From contig JBEKIG010000016.1 of the NCBI GenBank assembly GCA_050011875.1, positions 31,088 to 95,087 of the forward strand: 64,000 nt of DNA, in the 5' to 3' direction. A program made the position numbers and the translations under genes. Position 1 is the stretch's first letter, and each line of letters begins with the position of its first letter. The stretch is from Nitrososphaeria archaeon (GTDB lineage Archaea; Thermoproteota; Nitrososphaeria; JACIWG01). This document shows, in pieces, positions 51,408 through 61,075 of this stretch. The notes below the pieces were generated by a model. It saw nothing but the letters and a program-made list of their open reading frames with translations, was not told the origin of the DNA and did no database searches.

Positions 51408-51452
51408 GGAAAGAAAGGGGGAAATGTTTTCCCTGAGGCGACCACCTGAATC

Positions 51453-52643
51453 TTAATGCGGATGCAAACGTGTAATTAAGCCTAGCAACCCGTTTCTTTT
51501 CTTAGCTAACAGATATCCCACCGGAACTAGAATTATCATTGCAAGCATTAGAGACAGCAAAGCTGAGGGCAAAACTGAAGGCGCTATTACTCCACCAACC
51601 GAAGCAGAAGCGAAGGTCGCAGTTATGGACTCGTTAGCAAGGACATTGGTAATGTTAACTGTTTGGCCAGCAGGCGAAGTAACCGTTACTGGACTGCCAT
51701 TAACCGTTATGCTCGCAATATAGTAACCTACATTAGGCGTAACCGAGAAACTCTGGCTACCACCCAGAACAACCGTCGTATTACCAGGACTAATAGTACC
51801 ACCGCTAGATTGAGCAACCGTAATATTGTAAACTGGCGCTGCAATAGTGTCGCCAATTAATGTAACCGCGGCCTGTGCCAACAATCTACCGTTCAGCGTC
51901 GCGCCGTCCTGCATCGCAATGCTCGTGCCATCCAATATTATTCCATTGAAGGTAACCCCCGCGTGAATGGTCGTTTGGCCGCCGACCACCCAGAAGACGT
52001 TGTTGTATGTTGCGCCACCGCCCATAGTAACAGTGACATCTGTGTCCACGTCGAAAGTTCCCGGTATCTGGAAAATCCAGACGGCACTTGGGCCGCCCGA
52101 GAGAACGATATTACCGGTTATAACAACATTAGGAGAAGGAGAGGTCCATTTATAGATGCCTGGGGTGAGGGTTCCTGCCGGAATAGTTCCGGCTGGGGTG
52201 CCGAAATTAGAAAAAGTGACTGGTGTCAGACCATTGGCGGTGGTGTACGCGGACCCCATGGCGCCTACGGCCGTGCTCAGATTAGTTGGAGTGGGAGAGG
52301 CATAGTCGGATGCATATACCTTTCCGATCACCTGAGATGATGTGGAAAATTTACCCGAGCTATCCAGTACTAACGCAAATCCAGTGATGGCAGCCGCTTT
52401 GCCTGTACTTATTCCAAGATTCCCAGTAATTGAGCTGGTATATGTTGGATAGTCGTTTGTGATTGTTGTTTCTGCTAGAATCACGTAATTGCCGGCTGTT
52501 CCAAGATTCACTACCGTTGCGGCATAAACCTCATGAGCAGAGTAGTAGGGAACCCCCGCCACCGTAATCAGGAGTGCCAATATCAAGAAAAGCCCTATCT
52601 TGTAAGTTTTATAGCCCTTCGCTTGATGATCTTTATGATCCAT
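51453..52643 (-). CDS. DUF3494 ice-binding-like surface protein with small beta domain and C-terminal anchor
   Basis: 'VNLGTAGNYVILA', 'ITGNLGIS', 'LTPGIYKW', 'VWIFQI', 'NVFWVV', 'LNGRLLAQAAVTL'; signal peptide; VGG-TM-KKR tail. Confidence 0.88.
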   Translation of the reverse strand: MDHKDHQAKGYKTYKIGLFLILALLITVAGVPYYSAHEVYAATVVNLGTAGNYVILAETTITNDYPTYTSSITGNLGISTGKAAAITGFALVLDSSGKFSTSSQVIGKVYASDYASPTPTNLSTAVGAMGSAYTTANGLTPVTFSNFGTPAGTIPAGTLTPGIYKWTSPSPNVVITGNIVLSGGPSAVWIFQIPGTFDVDTDVTVTMGGGATYNNVFWVVGGQTTIHAGVTFNGIILDGTSIAMQDGATLNGRLLAQAAVTLIGDTIAAPVYNITVAQSSGGTISPGNTTVVLGGSQSFSVTPNVGYYIASITVNGSPVTVTSPAGQTVNITNVLANESITATFASASVGGVIAPSVLPSALLSLMLAMIILVPVGYLLAKKRNGLLGLITRLHPH

Positions 52644-53053
52644 TTTAAATCATAATGTTTATCCCTATAGTAAGTATATAAGGAAATCGTTTTCCTGCTT
52701 TATGTCCCAAAAGTTTGTTTCATCATTTTGTCAGCCTGTTTTGATCTATGTGATATGAGCTCTTTGACAATCATACTTGCGAGGAGGAATAGCGGGAGAG
52801 TAATTGTACAAGCAATCGAGGACGAGTCTACTTTCAAATTACATCTTCGGTCTAGACCAAAGACAATGAGTATTCCTGGGATTTCCTTAATATAAACCCC
52901 TTCTTTGTTCTTGAATAGTGCAAAAACTTAAGAAGATAAAGAAAATACTTTTTGTTAAAACTTCAAATAGATAATGAAGGATCTACTACTATAGCTAGCG
53001 ACGATAAACTGCTATGATAACAATATCTGTAATTGTCTGCATTTTATTCATCA

Positions 53054-53653
53054 TTATTCGATGTTGGCGTACCTCTTACGCATCTCTGCCTCTTCAACAT
53101 TAAGTTGAGCCATCAATGATGCTATGACAGAATCAAGAAGCAACATTGCACTATCCTCAAAAACTGTGCCAAGAGGAGCTAGAGGTTCATGCAAACCTAA
53201 TATCTGCCTTGCAAAATAGTCTTTTGTAGACACTTCCATTCTTCCTTTAAGAAATACAGTATGAGTTGATAACTTAGCAAGTGGAGAAGAAGGATAAGAC
53301 GTTAAGGATACAATTTTAGCACCGACTTGTTGAGCTGCTTGAGCAGCTGTAACAATCAATTTCGTAGAACCAGACCCAGATATAGCAATAACGAGGTCGT
53401 CCTTGTCTATTGAAGGCACAATTGTATCTCCAAGTACGAACGCATTAAAACCCAAATGAAGCAGGCGCATTGCGAAGGCACCGCCGACAAGTCCGCTTCT
53501 TCCTGCGCCCATAATGAGGAGTTTGTTACTTTTATGAGATTTTAGAATTTCGATGAACTGTTCGACTTCTTTTTCTTCAAGTTGAGATAAATTTTCTTTG
53601 ATTACGTCTAAGAGGATCATAGCTTTGTCTTTGACTTTTATGCTATTACTCAT
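53054..53653 (-). CDS. hxlB: 6-phospho-3-hexuloisomerase
   Basis: 'GAGRSGL...FAMRL.HLG', 'ISGSG', 'PLGTVFE'. Confidence 0.92.
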   Translation of the reverse strand: MSNSIKVKDKAMILLDVIKENLSQLEEKEVEQFIEILKSHKSNKLLIMGAGRSGLVGGAFAMRLLHLGFNAFVLGDTIVPSIDKDDLVIAISGSGSTKLIVTAAQAAQQVGAKIVSLTSYPSSPLAKLSTHTVFLKGRMEVSTKDYFARQILGLHEPLAPLGTVFEDSAMLLLDSVIASLMAQLNVEEAEMRKRYANIE

Positions 53654-53657
53654 GTTT

Positions 53658-54350
53658 TCATCTAACCTCTTTAGCTGCCATCATTTCGTTTTTAAATTGG
53701 CGAGCGACTAAACTCGGTTCAGCTGAATTTGTTAAAGCTCTTCCAACGACAATTATATTTGCGCCAGCTTCAACCATCTGCCCAACATTTCCAATGTTTA
53801 GTCCTCCAGCTGCAGAAACAACGAGATTTTCCTGAGCTATACTTTTAACCACGCGAAGTCTATCTTCAAATCTGATATTGCTTTTTTCTTGGTCGATTGC
53901 TGTATGAACGCAGACAATGTCGACTCCAAGCTTTTTTAATACGAGTGCTCTATATAATTGGTCTTCTACTCCCAAAAGGTCTGCTTCCAACAGCACCTTT
54001 TTCTCTTCAGCTGCTGCTAAAGCTTCTACAATAACTTCATTTGGTGCCAAAGCTGAAACTGACACTATGTCAGCTCCCGCATCAGCTGCCATACATACTT
54101 CAATTCTTCCAACGTCCAAAGTTTTCAGATCAGCAAGCACAATCTTTTTAGGAAATTTTTTCTTGAGTTCTTTTACTGCTCCTATTCCTACAGATTTAAT
54201 CAATGGCGTACCAGCTTCTAATATGTCAACTCCAGAGTTTTCAACTTTATAGGAAATCTCTATAACTCTATCTATTGTAAGAATATCAAATGCGATCTGA
54301 AGCTTAGGCGCCCAAATTTCCAGAATATCCGGTAATTTATTCTCACTCAT
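53658..54350 (-). CDS. hxlA: 3-hexulose-6-phosphate synthase
   Basis: 'LQIAFD', 'EAGTPLIK', 'ADLKTLD'; adjacent to hxlB. Confidence 0.88.
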   Translation of the reverse strand: MSENKLPDILEIWAPKLQIAFDILTIDRVIEISYKVENSGVDILEAGTPLIKSVGIGAVKELKKKFPKKIVLADLKTLDVGRIEVCMAADAGADIVSVSALAPNEVIVEALAAAEEKKVLLEADLLGVEDQLYRALVLKKLGVDIVCVHTAIDQEKSNIRFEDRLRVVKSIAQENLVVSAAGGLNIGNVGQMVEAGANIIVVGRALTNSAEPSLVARQFKNEMMAAKEVR

Positions 54351-54381
54351 TTTAAACTGCCACTTATGTTAAAAATGTATG

Positions 54382-54639
54382 CTATAAAAGGGAAGTATTC
54401 TCTCTGGGTTTGATGAGGACGATTGACCTACCCACTTTTTCTACTTTATAGCCCAATTCAGTAGCCAGCGCGGTGATAGCGCCTGCGAGTATCCCCCATT
54501 CTATCCCGGTGACCCCACCGAAACCTAGACCCTCAAAAATGAGGGTGAGTGGAATGATTGGGCTTCCAATCTCTATGAGCAACTTCTTTATCGAATGTGT
54601 ATCTATTTTATCAAGTTCTACTTTCTTCACTTCAGGCAC
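54382..54639 (-). CDS. Small hypothetical protein with Gly-rich hydrophobic core; start uncertain
   Basis: 'GLGFGGVTGIEWGILAGA'. Confidence 0.5.
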   Translation of the reverse strand: MPEVKKVELDKIDTHSIKKLLIEIGSPIIPLTLIFEGLGFGGVTGIEWGILAGAITALATELGYKVEKVGRSIVLIKPRENTSLL

Positions 54640-54719
54640 GCTTAATATATTTAAATATATTTGAATATAAAGTTTTATACCCCTCAATCTGTACACTCAG
54701 CCTAGGAGGCGAAGAATAT

Positions 54720-55280
54720 ATGTCCGAAACTATAGTTTCCAGCGACAAAGATGAGCTTAGGAGGGAGAAGCATAGAAACTATATGAGAGGCTACTATCGT
54801 AGAAATAAAGTTCGTTTCCACGAATTGGGTAGGAAAAAAAGGTTAGCGGAAAAGATGCCTAAAAAATGCCCTATATGCGGTGAAACCAAAGTTTTCGCCC
54901 CCAAACATAGGAAATACTGTTCAAGTGAATGCTCGAAGAAAGTTTTCAACTTAGCGGTCAGAAACTATCATAAAAGGTGGGAAAGTAAAGAGTTTTCGAC
55001 TTTGGTGCCTAAACGACCTATTCTACTAGATCTTCTGCAAAAATTTGAGCAAGAACGCCAAATAAACCTGTACTCAGCATCACCAATTAAATTGACGAAC
55101 CAAAGTTTCGGAAGAATTTCTAGGAGAAAGGATGGTAGATACTTCCTATATCTGCCAAAGAAGTTGGTTGAAGACACAGGCTTTCCATTTAAAATACATT
55201 CGTCGGTTAGGGTGAAGGTTAGTTTTACTAAAGAAAAGAAGTTAATCATAGAAGATTTGTCAGACACAAGATATGATTAG
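54720..55280 (+). CDS. Zn-finger plus AbrB-like fusion protein
   Basis: 'CPICG......KYCSSEC' then 'GRISRRKDGRYFLYLPKKLVEDTGFPF'; AGGAGG SD before ATG 54720. Confidence 0.65.
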   Translation: MSETIVSSDKDELRREKHRNYMRGYYRRNKVRFHELGRKKRLAEKMPKKCPICGETKVFAPKHRKYCSSECSKKVFNLAVRNYHKRWESKEFSTLVPKRPILLDLLQKFEQERQINLYSASPIKLTNQSFGRISRRKDGRYFLYLPKKLVEDTGFPFKIHSSVRVKVSFTKEKKLIIEDLSDTRYD

Positions 55281-55743
55281 CGACATCGGGATAAAGGCTG
55301 TATTCAGCCTCACCAACATCGACGGTGAAGTGAGTGATTCGTTCAATATGCTTTATGCGTACTTTCTGGCTGGCATTGTAAAGATAACGGCGCTCTGGAG
55401 GGCGATCAAGGAAGGGAAAGATGACGACGAACTGAAGAGGGTGTACCTTGAATCTTAGACATATCTGTCCTATTTTGATTCCCATGCTTTTTCCGTCGTA
55501 TCGAAGTTTAAGGGGAGAATAAAGGATGCAATGTATGTCGCTAGTCGGAAATTTTCTACAACCCTGTCAGATTTTCTTGGAAGAACGCTTGAAAAGTATG
55601 CTGGATTCTATCAGATGTCTAGAATCTTTGAGGAAATGGAGCCTGTAGCAGTATCTTCAGACTCCCTATTATGGGCGAAGGAAAAAGAGTTGTTGAAGGA
55701 CAGCGACATCGATCTGATAAAATCTTTTTTCCGTATAGAATAA
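55273..55743 (+). pseudogene. Hypothetical gene split by one in-frame TAG (55456-55458)
   Basis: ORFs 55273..55458 and 55531..55743 share a frame with an open 72-nt linker. Confidence 0.55.
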
Positions 55744-55779
55744 GGATTTTAATTTTCTATGAAAAAATCCTAATAAAAC

Positions 55780-55911
55780 AAAGCCATCAAAAAGCTGTCT
55801 GCAAAGAGTTATGATGGGGTCCTACAAAAACTCGCAGCTGAGAAGCTAAAGTTTTCTACATCTATGTTCGGTTCAATGCGAGTTAAGCCCGGAACGACGT
55901 TGTACACTTGA
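55780..55911 (+). pseudogene. VapB-type antitoxin remnant
   Basis: 'KKLSAKSYDGVLQKL...STSMFGS'; no start codon. Confidence 0.4.
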
Positions 55912-56000
55912 CCGCATGAGATAATTTTCTATCTAACCCCAAATTAGAGCGTATATAAGGTCTGAAAACTTTTATTAGCTCTTTTGGTCTAACCGAAGCT

Positions 56001-57341
56001 ATGAGTTCACCGGATGAAGTCGCTGAATTCACTCGTAAGAATACGTACGGCACTTGGCGCTCGCAAAAAGGATGGGTACCCCTATATATCGTTGACGCTG
56101 AGGGGTGCTTTTTCGAAGACTCCTCTGGAAGGAGGATCCTCGACTTTTCGTCTCAGCTAATGTGCTCGAACCTAGGCCACAAGAATAGAGCTATAATAGA
56201 TGCTATAAGCAGACAAGCTGAAAGGTTAGCGTACGTTGCTCCATCATTTACTTCAAAGATCAGAGCTGAAGCCACCAAGGCCCTATTGGAGGTCTTTCCT
56301 CTTGGATTGGAGAAGTTCTTCTATTCAACCTCTGGAACCGAGGCCAATGAGGCTGCCTTCAAGATGGTTAGGGCTTATACCGGGAGGTACAAGATTATTT
56401 CTACGTATACAAGCTATCACGGAGCAACAGCCGGCTCTATTGCTTCAACCGGCGAATTCAGAAGGTGGCATGCTGAACCTATGGGAAAGATGGGTGGCGT
56501 CGTCTTCGGGCCAGACTGCTACTGCTACCGTTGCCCCTTCGGCCTTGAATACCCCAAGTGTGACGTAGCCTGCGCTGAGTACGTAGACTACATGATAAAG
56601 AAGGAGAACAACGTGGCAGCTATGATAGTTGAACCGATAGTTGGCACAAACGGCGTAATAGTGCCGGTAAAAGAATATCTACCAAAGATAAGGAGGATCA
56701 CCAAAGATAACGATGTAATCATGATCGATGACGAAGTTATGAGCGGGTGGGGGCGCACAGGCGAATGGTTCGCTGTCAACCACTGGAACGTTAAGCCTGA
56801 CATCATTACTACGGCCAAGGGCGTCACGGCCGCTTACATGCCTTTAGGGGTCACAGCAACGACAAGGGAGATCTCAGACTACTTTGAGGAACACTACTTT
56901 CCACACGGCTACACCTATGAAGCTCATCCAATGACGCTGGCACCGGTCCCAACGGCCATAAACGAGTACAAGAGAATGAACTTACTGGAAGGAGCACGAA
57001 CGAAAGGCGAATACCTGATGACGAGATTAAAAGAACTGAAACAAAAACACCTCTCCGTCGGAGACGTCAGAGGCTTAGGTCTCTTCTGCGCCATAGAACT
57101 GGTTAAGAATAGAGAGAAAAAGAAACCTCTGAACATTATGAGAGACAAGTACGAAGGGAAACCTTTGGTCGTAGATCGGATCACCATGGACCTAATGAGG
57201 CAGAACGTTTTCGTAGTCGGCTGGGTTAGCCACCTGATCATAGCTCCACCTTTAATCGTCTCAAAGGAGGAAATCGACAAAGGAATTGAAGCTCTAGATG
57301 CGAGCCTCAAGATAAGCGACGAAGTTGTGGAAAGAGCATAA
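56001..57341 (+). CDS. Class III PLP aminotransferase (omega-amino acid/taurine type)
   Basis: 'SGTEANE', 'SYHG', 'IVEP', 'DEVMSGWGRTG', 'TAKG'. Confidence 0.92.
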   Translation: MSSPDEVAEFTRKNTYGTWRSQKGWVPLYIVDAEGCFFEDSSGRRILDFSSQLMCSNLGHKNRAIIDAISRQAERLAYVAPSFTSKIRAEATKALLEVFPLGLEKFFYSTSGTEANEAAFKMVRAYTGRYKIISTYTSYHGATAGSIASTGEFRRWHAEPMGKMGGVVFGPDCYCYRCPFGLEYPKCDVACAEYVDYMIKKENNVAAMIVEPIVGTNGVIVPVKEYLPKIRRITKDNDVIMIDDEVMSGWGRTGEWFAVNHWNVKPDIITTAKGVTAAYMPLGVTATTREISDYFEEHYFPHGYTYEAHPMTLAPVPTAINEYKRMNLLEGARTKGEYLMTRLKELKQKHLSVGDVRGLGLFCAIELVKNREKKKPLNIMRDKYEGKPLVVDRITMDLMRQNVFVVGWVSHLIIAPPLIVSKEEIDKGIEALDASLKISDEVVERA

Positions 57342-57767
57342 AGAAAACGTCCTAGTGAACTTTGTCAGCAGCGAAAAAACAATTATCCGAATCGGAAACA
57401 TTTACTGGATACTTTTCACCCAATTAATTGGGATGAATCACCCCCAAGCCCGCTTCAACCCTTTGAGAGAGACTCATTTTTCCACTCTATCTATACTATA
57501 TTCCTTTTTCTTGATTACAGTAATTTCGTAATTGTCGAAGAAATCATCTTAGGAATAGGTTGGCGCGTGCAGGTTAATTCATAAGATTTGATCTAGCTTC
57601 AAAAAGACTCGTGGCAAATTCTTCATCTAAAAGTTTGAATTTTTCTAAATCTAATTTGTCGGACATTACATTTAAACTATTACAATCTTGAATAGCGCCT
57701 CAAAGGTTTGAGTTCTTTATAAAACTTTTCTAACCTATAAATGACATACTTTCTTGGCCAAAACCTC

Positions 57768-59459
57768 TTACGACCGACGGTTCGCTTGGAGAACGACTTT
57801 GAAGAGGATTTCGAATGCTGAAAGTGTGTTCTTGTCATGTACATCCTTATTTATTAGAAACATCGAATGGGTTTTGGAATTGGCGATTATATCTAAAGCG
57901 TGCCTAGTTGCTTTGTATGTTTGCTCAAAGCTGGTCAGAAGAAGGACATCTGTAAGGCTGTCAAAAATTACTGCTGAAGTTTCATCGCTATTTTTTATTG
58001 TAATCAGTAAACCTAGCATCTGTGATAAGTCACTTACAGGAACGATTCTCTTTCCTTCACTCTCTTTTAAAATTTTCGAAGTTGATGGGGAAAGGAAAAG
58101 AAAGTCGATTCCAGCGACATCCTTTATATCCAAATACAAATTGCTTTCCTTTCTCGTAAACACATACAACTTTTCACCATTGGCTATGCATTCCATCACA
58201 AAATCCTTTACTCTTTCAGGGTAATTACTTCTAGCGGAGAACATTAGAAGAATCTGCGATTCTTTAACATCCTCGTGAGTCATTTTTTCTCCGATTGAGA
58301 ATCTTTCCATATCCTTCTCTGTGTATCCTGTTGGAACAAAGAGCAATTTTAGCTTTCCTTCTGAAGCCTTGGAAAGTATTTGTTTTTCTTTGAGATAGTT
58401 TTCATGTTTTTTGAGGGCCTCTATCAGGTCACCGCCCAAAAGGTCGAAAGTTTGGTCTATGAAACTAACTAAGCTTTCACTAAACTTAGGATCAAGTTCT
58501 CCATTTTCAAGGAGAGTTAAAGAAACGTCTATTAGGCAAGTTACATTTTTCGCTTCGATGGTCCCACCTTTTATGCCAATGTTTAATAAAAGTTTATCAT
58601 TATCAAAACTTATTTTCTCATCAAGTCCGCACGTCTTCAAATAAGATAGCAGCTTGAAATATTTGCTTCCGAGTGCGTCCATAGGAGCTGTCATATTGCT
58701 GTAAAAGGCTTCAACAAGTTTAGCTACCTTAGGGGATATTTTGGTGTAGCCGATTGGTATCAACGCAAATTCTTGTTCAGGTGGGGTGAATATTGCATAA
58801 GAAACTGTTGCGAAAGTTGCTAAGTTAAGAAACCCTCCCAAAGGAGGGAAGTTAGGATTAATTTGTATGAGATAAACATTCGTTATCGTTATACCTACTG
58901 CTTGGAATGCTATGAAAGCCAATAATATATACAGAAATTTTGTTTTAAGGCTTCTACTTGGAGCCTTCACCAATAGGTATATCAATATTAATATCATAAT
59001 CCCCATATAAATAGGTGTACCAAGCAAAATTACCTCATAAGTGTTCAATTGAACAATTGAGGAATAGCTCCACCCGAACACTCCCAAATGCATTTGATAC
59101 TTTGTCAGAAATATGGAAATTAGACTGCCTGTAATACTTGGCAGGAGACACAGAATATTAAATATTCTGAACCTCCAAACATTAAGAAATGTCAAAAAAT
59201 AGAAACCAATTGTAAAAGGATAAACAATTCCAATGATACCAAATATTGCCATTGCATCCATCGGTGTTTGAGCAGTCCTATTAAAGAAGACCAAAACTTC
59301 CCAACATGAAACAATTATTCCAAATAGGGATAGTGAAATCGTCACTGGATTAGCTTTGAACTTGTATAATAAAAAAAGGCTAGCTGCCGATGTAACAATA
59401 GTGCATCCAATATACTGGATAGCGAGAAAAAGTAGAGAATAAAACGATAATTCAATCAT
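57768..59459 (-). CDS. 7TM (HisKA_7TM-like) membrane sensor fused to a DUF835-like inactive KaiC/RecA domain
   Basis: About seven TM helices in aa 1-225; C-terminal 'AVIFDSLTDVLL...FEQTYK' with no Walker A. Confidence 0.72.
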   Translation of the reverse strand: MIELSFYSLLFLAIQYIGCTIVTSAASLFLLYKFKANPVTISLSLFGIIVSCWEVLVFFNRTAQTPMDAMAIFGIIGIVYPFTIGFYFLTFLNVWRFRIFNILCLLPSITGSLISIFLTKYQMHLGVFGWSYSSIVQLNTYEVILLGTPIYMGIMILILIYLLVKAPSRSLKTKFLYILLAFIAFQAVGITITNVYLIQINPNFPPLGGFLNLATFATVSYAIFTPPEQEFALIPIGYTKISPKVAKLVEAFYSNMTAPMDALGSKYFKLLSYLKTCGLDEKISFDNDKLLLNIGIKGGTIEAKNVTCLIDVSLTLLENGELDPKFSESLVSFIDQTFDLLGGDLIEALKKHENYLKEKQILSKASEGKLKLLFVPTGYTEKDMERFSIGEKMTHEDVKESQILLMFSARSNYPERVKDFVMECIANGEKLYVFTRKESNLYLDIKDVAGIDFLFLSPSTSKILKESEGKRIVPVSDLSQMLGLLITIKNSDETSAVIFDSLTDVLLLTSFEQTYKATRHALDIIANSKTHSMFLINKDVHDKNTLSAFEILFKVVLQANRRS

Positions 59460-61074
59460 GTAAGCTACATTCCCTTAGCTCTTCCAAAATATCAGATTTT
59501 TCAGGTGTTATGATCTTCGGTGGTTTGAACTGTCCTAAAGGCACATTCTTTCTTGCTTGTCTCATCGCGTACCTTGTGAACGTCCCTCTTTCTAGGAATT
59601 CGACTTTTACCGCTTCAGAAGGTTTTTTAATATTAAAATCATGGACGTAGCTGCTGAACTCAGGCTGCACTGAAAGCATAGAATTAAATATCGCTTTTTC
59701 CGCTTCCCTCTCAGTTAAAGGCCACTCCCTCTCAAACAATATAATTAAAACCTCATTCGGTTTAATAGTCTTTGTAGCTGCCCACCGATCGCTTGCCTTG
59801 AAGCCTGCATTGACTATGACTTCTGCCATAAGATCTTCGGTTAGACGGTAGTAGTCATAGATCATCATCATAGTTTGTGCTCTTCCTTCGAATGTAAAAA
59901 CTGGCATTTCATCGTAGAAGTCAGAGACTCTAAAAATGTCGCGAATTCTATACCTTACAAAGATAGAGTAAAACGGTGTGGCGACTAGTTCGTACATTTC
60001 ACCCTTCTTAACTTCTGAAAGCTTTCTGACTTCGCCTTTCTCATCTAGGAATTCGAAGTAGTTAGTCTTGAGATTGGGAAAGAAGCCTAGCTTCCTATCA
60101 GGTCTTCCAAACATGCAACTGCCAAGTTCTGTTGCCCCATATGAATTGAGTGGTTCGACTCCAAATTCTTCTTTGAAAAAGTCTGTGTAAAATCGTGCAT
60201 CGGTACTGCCTATTAAGACCCCTCTAAGTGGCATAATCTCCCTCAGATCTTTCTTCCCACTATTCCCAAGTTTTAAAGAAAGTTGCTTTAAGAGTATGAG
60301 GAACTTCTTAGACATGCTAGGAGTAGCATTGTAAGACATAGACAAAAAATACTGCGGATCCGAGAAATACTTACATGCCATATAAAGTAAAGCTCCGCTG
60401 CCCCCTATCATATGTATCTTATTGCCCTTCTCGATCATTTTAAGTGAAGTATAGAATTTTTTCCCCATATCGGCTACGTTGTCCGTGTAGCTAATGGGGG
60501 GTATGAAGTTGATTATTTCATCCCAGAATCTGGTCGCCCAGCCACTGATATAAGGAACAGGTGCTACAAGATTAAGGGTATTTGGCTTCTCCTCGAGGAC
60601 CTTTTCACCCCACTCTTTGGAAAGGGTCATTAAAACTAAAGCAATACTACTTGCCATATATCCCTCGTTGAACTTCTTGGTGTGAACTATCCATTTGCTT
60701 TCCCCCGTTGTACCAGTTGTTTTCATGCATAAAACAGGTTCATCTGGCAGGTATCCAGCAACTAAGCTAGAAGTTTTATTGAAGAGCCTTGTGTAGTAAT
60801 CGTGAAGTAGCTCCCCTCCAGCTCTGGCCTCTCTTTTCTCCTCTTCCTTAATTTCTTGGCCAAATGTTAAGAGAATTGGATAATCATCGTACTCTGTGAT
60901 TGGTAAATCATCTATTTTATTTGGTTTCTTTCCTTTGGCGATTGATTTCGCAGTCACCGTCCTACACCAAGCATCTAGGTGGTCTAAAGCAAGCCCCTCA
61001 TTTAGATTTGCCTGCGTGTTAAAATCTTGTTTATAGAAACTGCAATATTTTTCCCACAGGGAGCTGCTGTTCAA
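59452..61074 (-). CDS. GH3-family acyl-acid amido synthetase-like protein
   Basis: 'LPITEYDDY', 'TTGTTGESKWI', 'YGATE', 'YFEF', 'YELVAT...RYRIRD', 'FEGR', 'GQFKPP'. Confidence 0.85.
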   Translation of the reverse strand: MNSSSLWEKYCSFYKQDFNTQANLNEGLALDHLDAWCRTVTAKSIAKGKKPNKIDDLPITEYDDYPILLTFGQEIKEEEKREARAGGELLHDYYTRLFNKTSSLVAGYLPDEPVLCMKTTGTTGESKWIVHTKKFNEGYMASSIALVLMTLSKEWGEKVLEEKPNTLNLVAPVPYISGWATRFWDEIINFIPPISYTDNVADMGKKFYTSLKMIEKGNKIHMIGGSGALLYMACKYFSDPQYFLSMSYNATPSMSKKFLILLKQLSLKLGNSGKKDLREIMPLRGVLIGSTDARFYTDFFKEEFGVEPLNSYGATELGSCMFGRPDRKLGFFPNLKTNYFEFLDEKGEVRKLSEVKKGEMYELVATPFYSIFVRYRIRDIFRVSDFYDEMPVFTFEGRAQTMMMIYDYYRLTEDLMAEVIVNAGFKASDRWAATKTIKPNEVLIILFEREWPLTEREAEKAIFNSMLSVQPEFSSYVHDFNIKKPSEAVKVEFLERGTFTRYAMRQARKNVPLGQFKPPKIITPEKSDILEELRECSLHD

Positions 61075-61075
61075 T

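Noticed and set aside
56001-57341. Aminotransferase as a member of the GH3/KaiC system
   Set aside because: Opposite strand, different codon style and separated by about 430 bp of debris; adjacency is the only link
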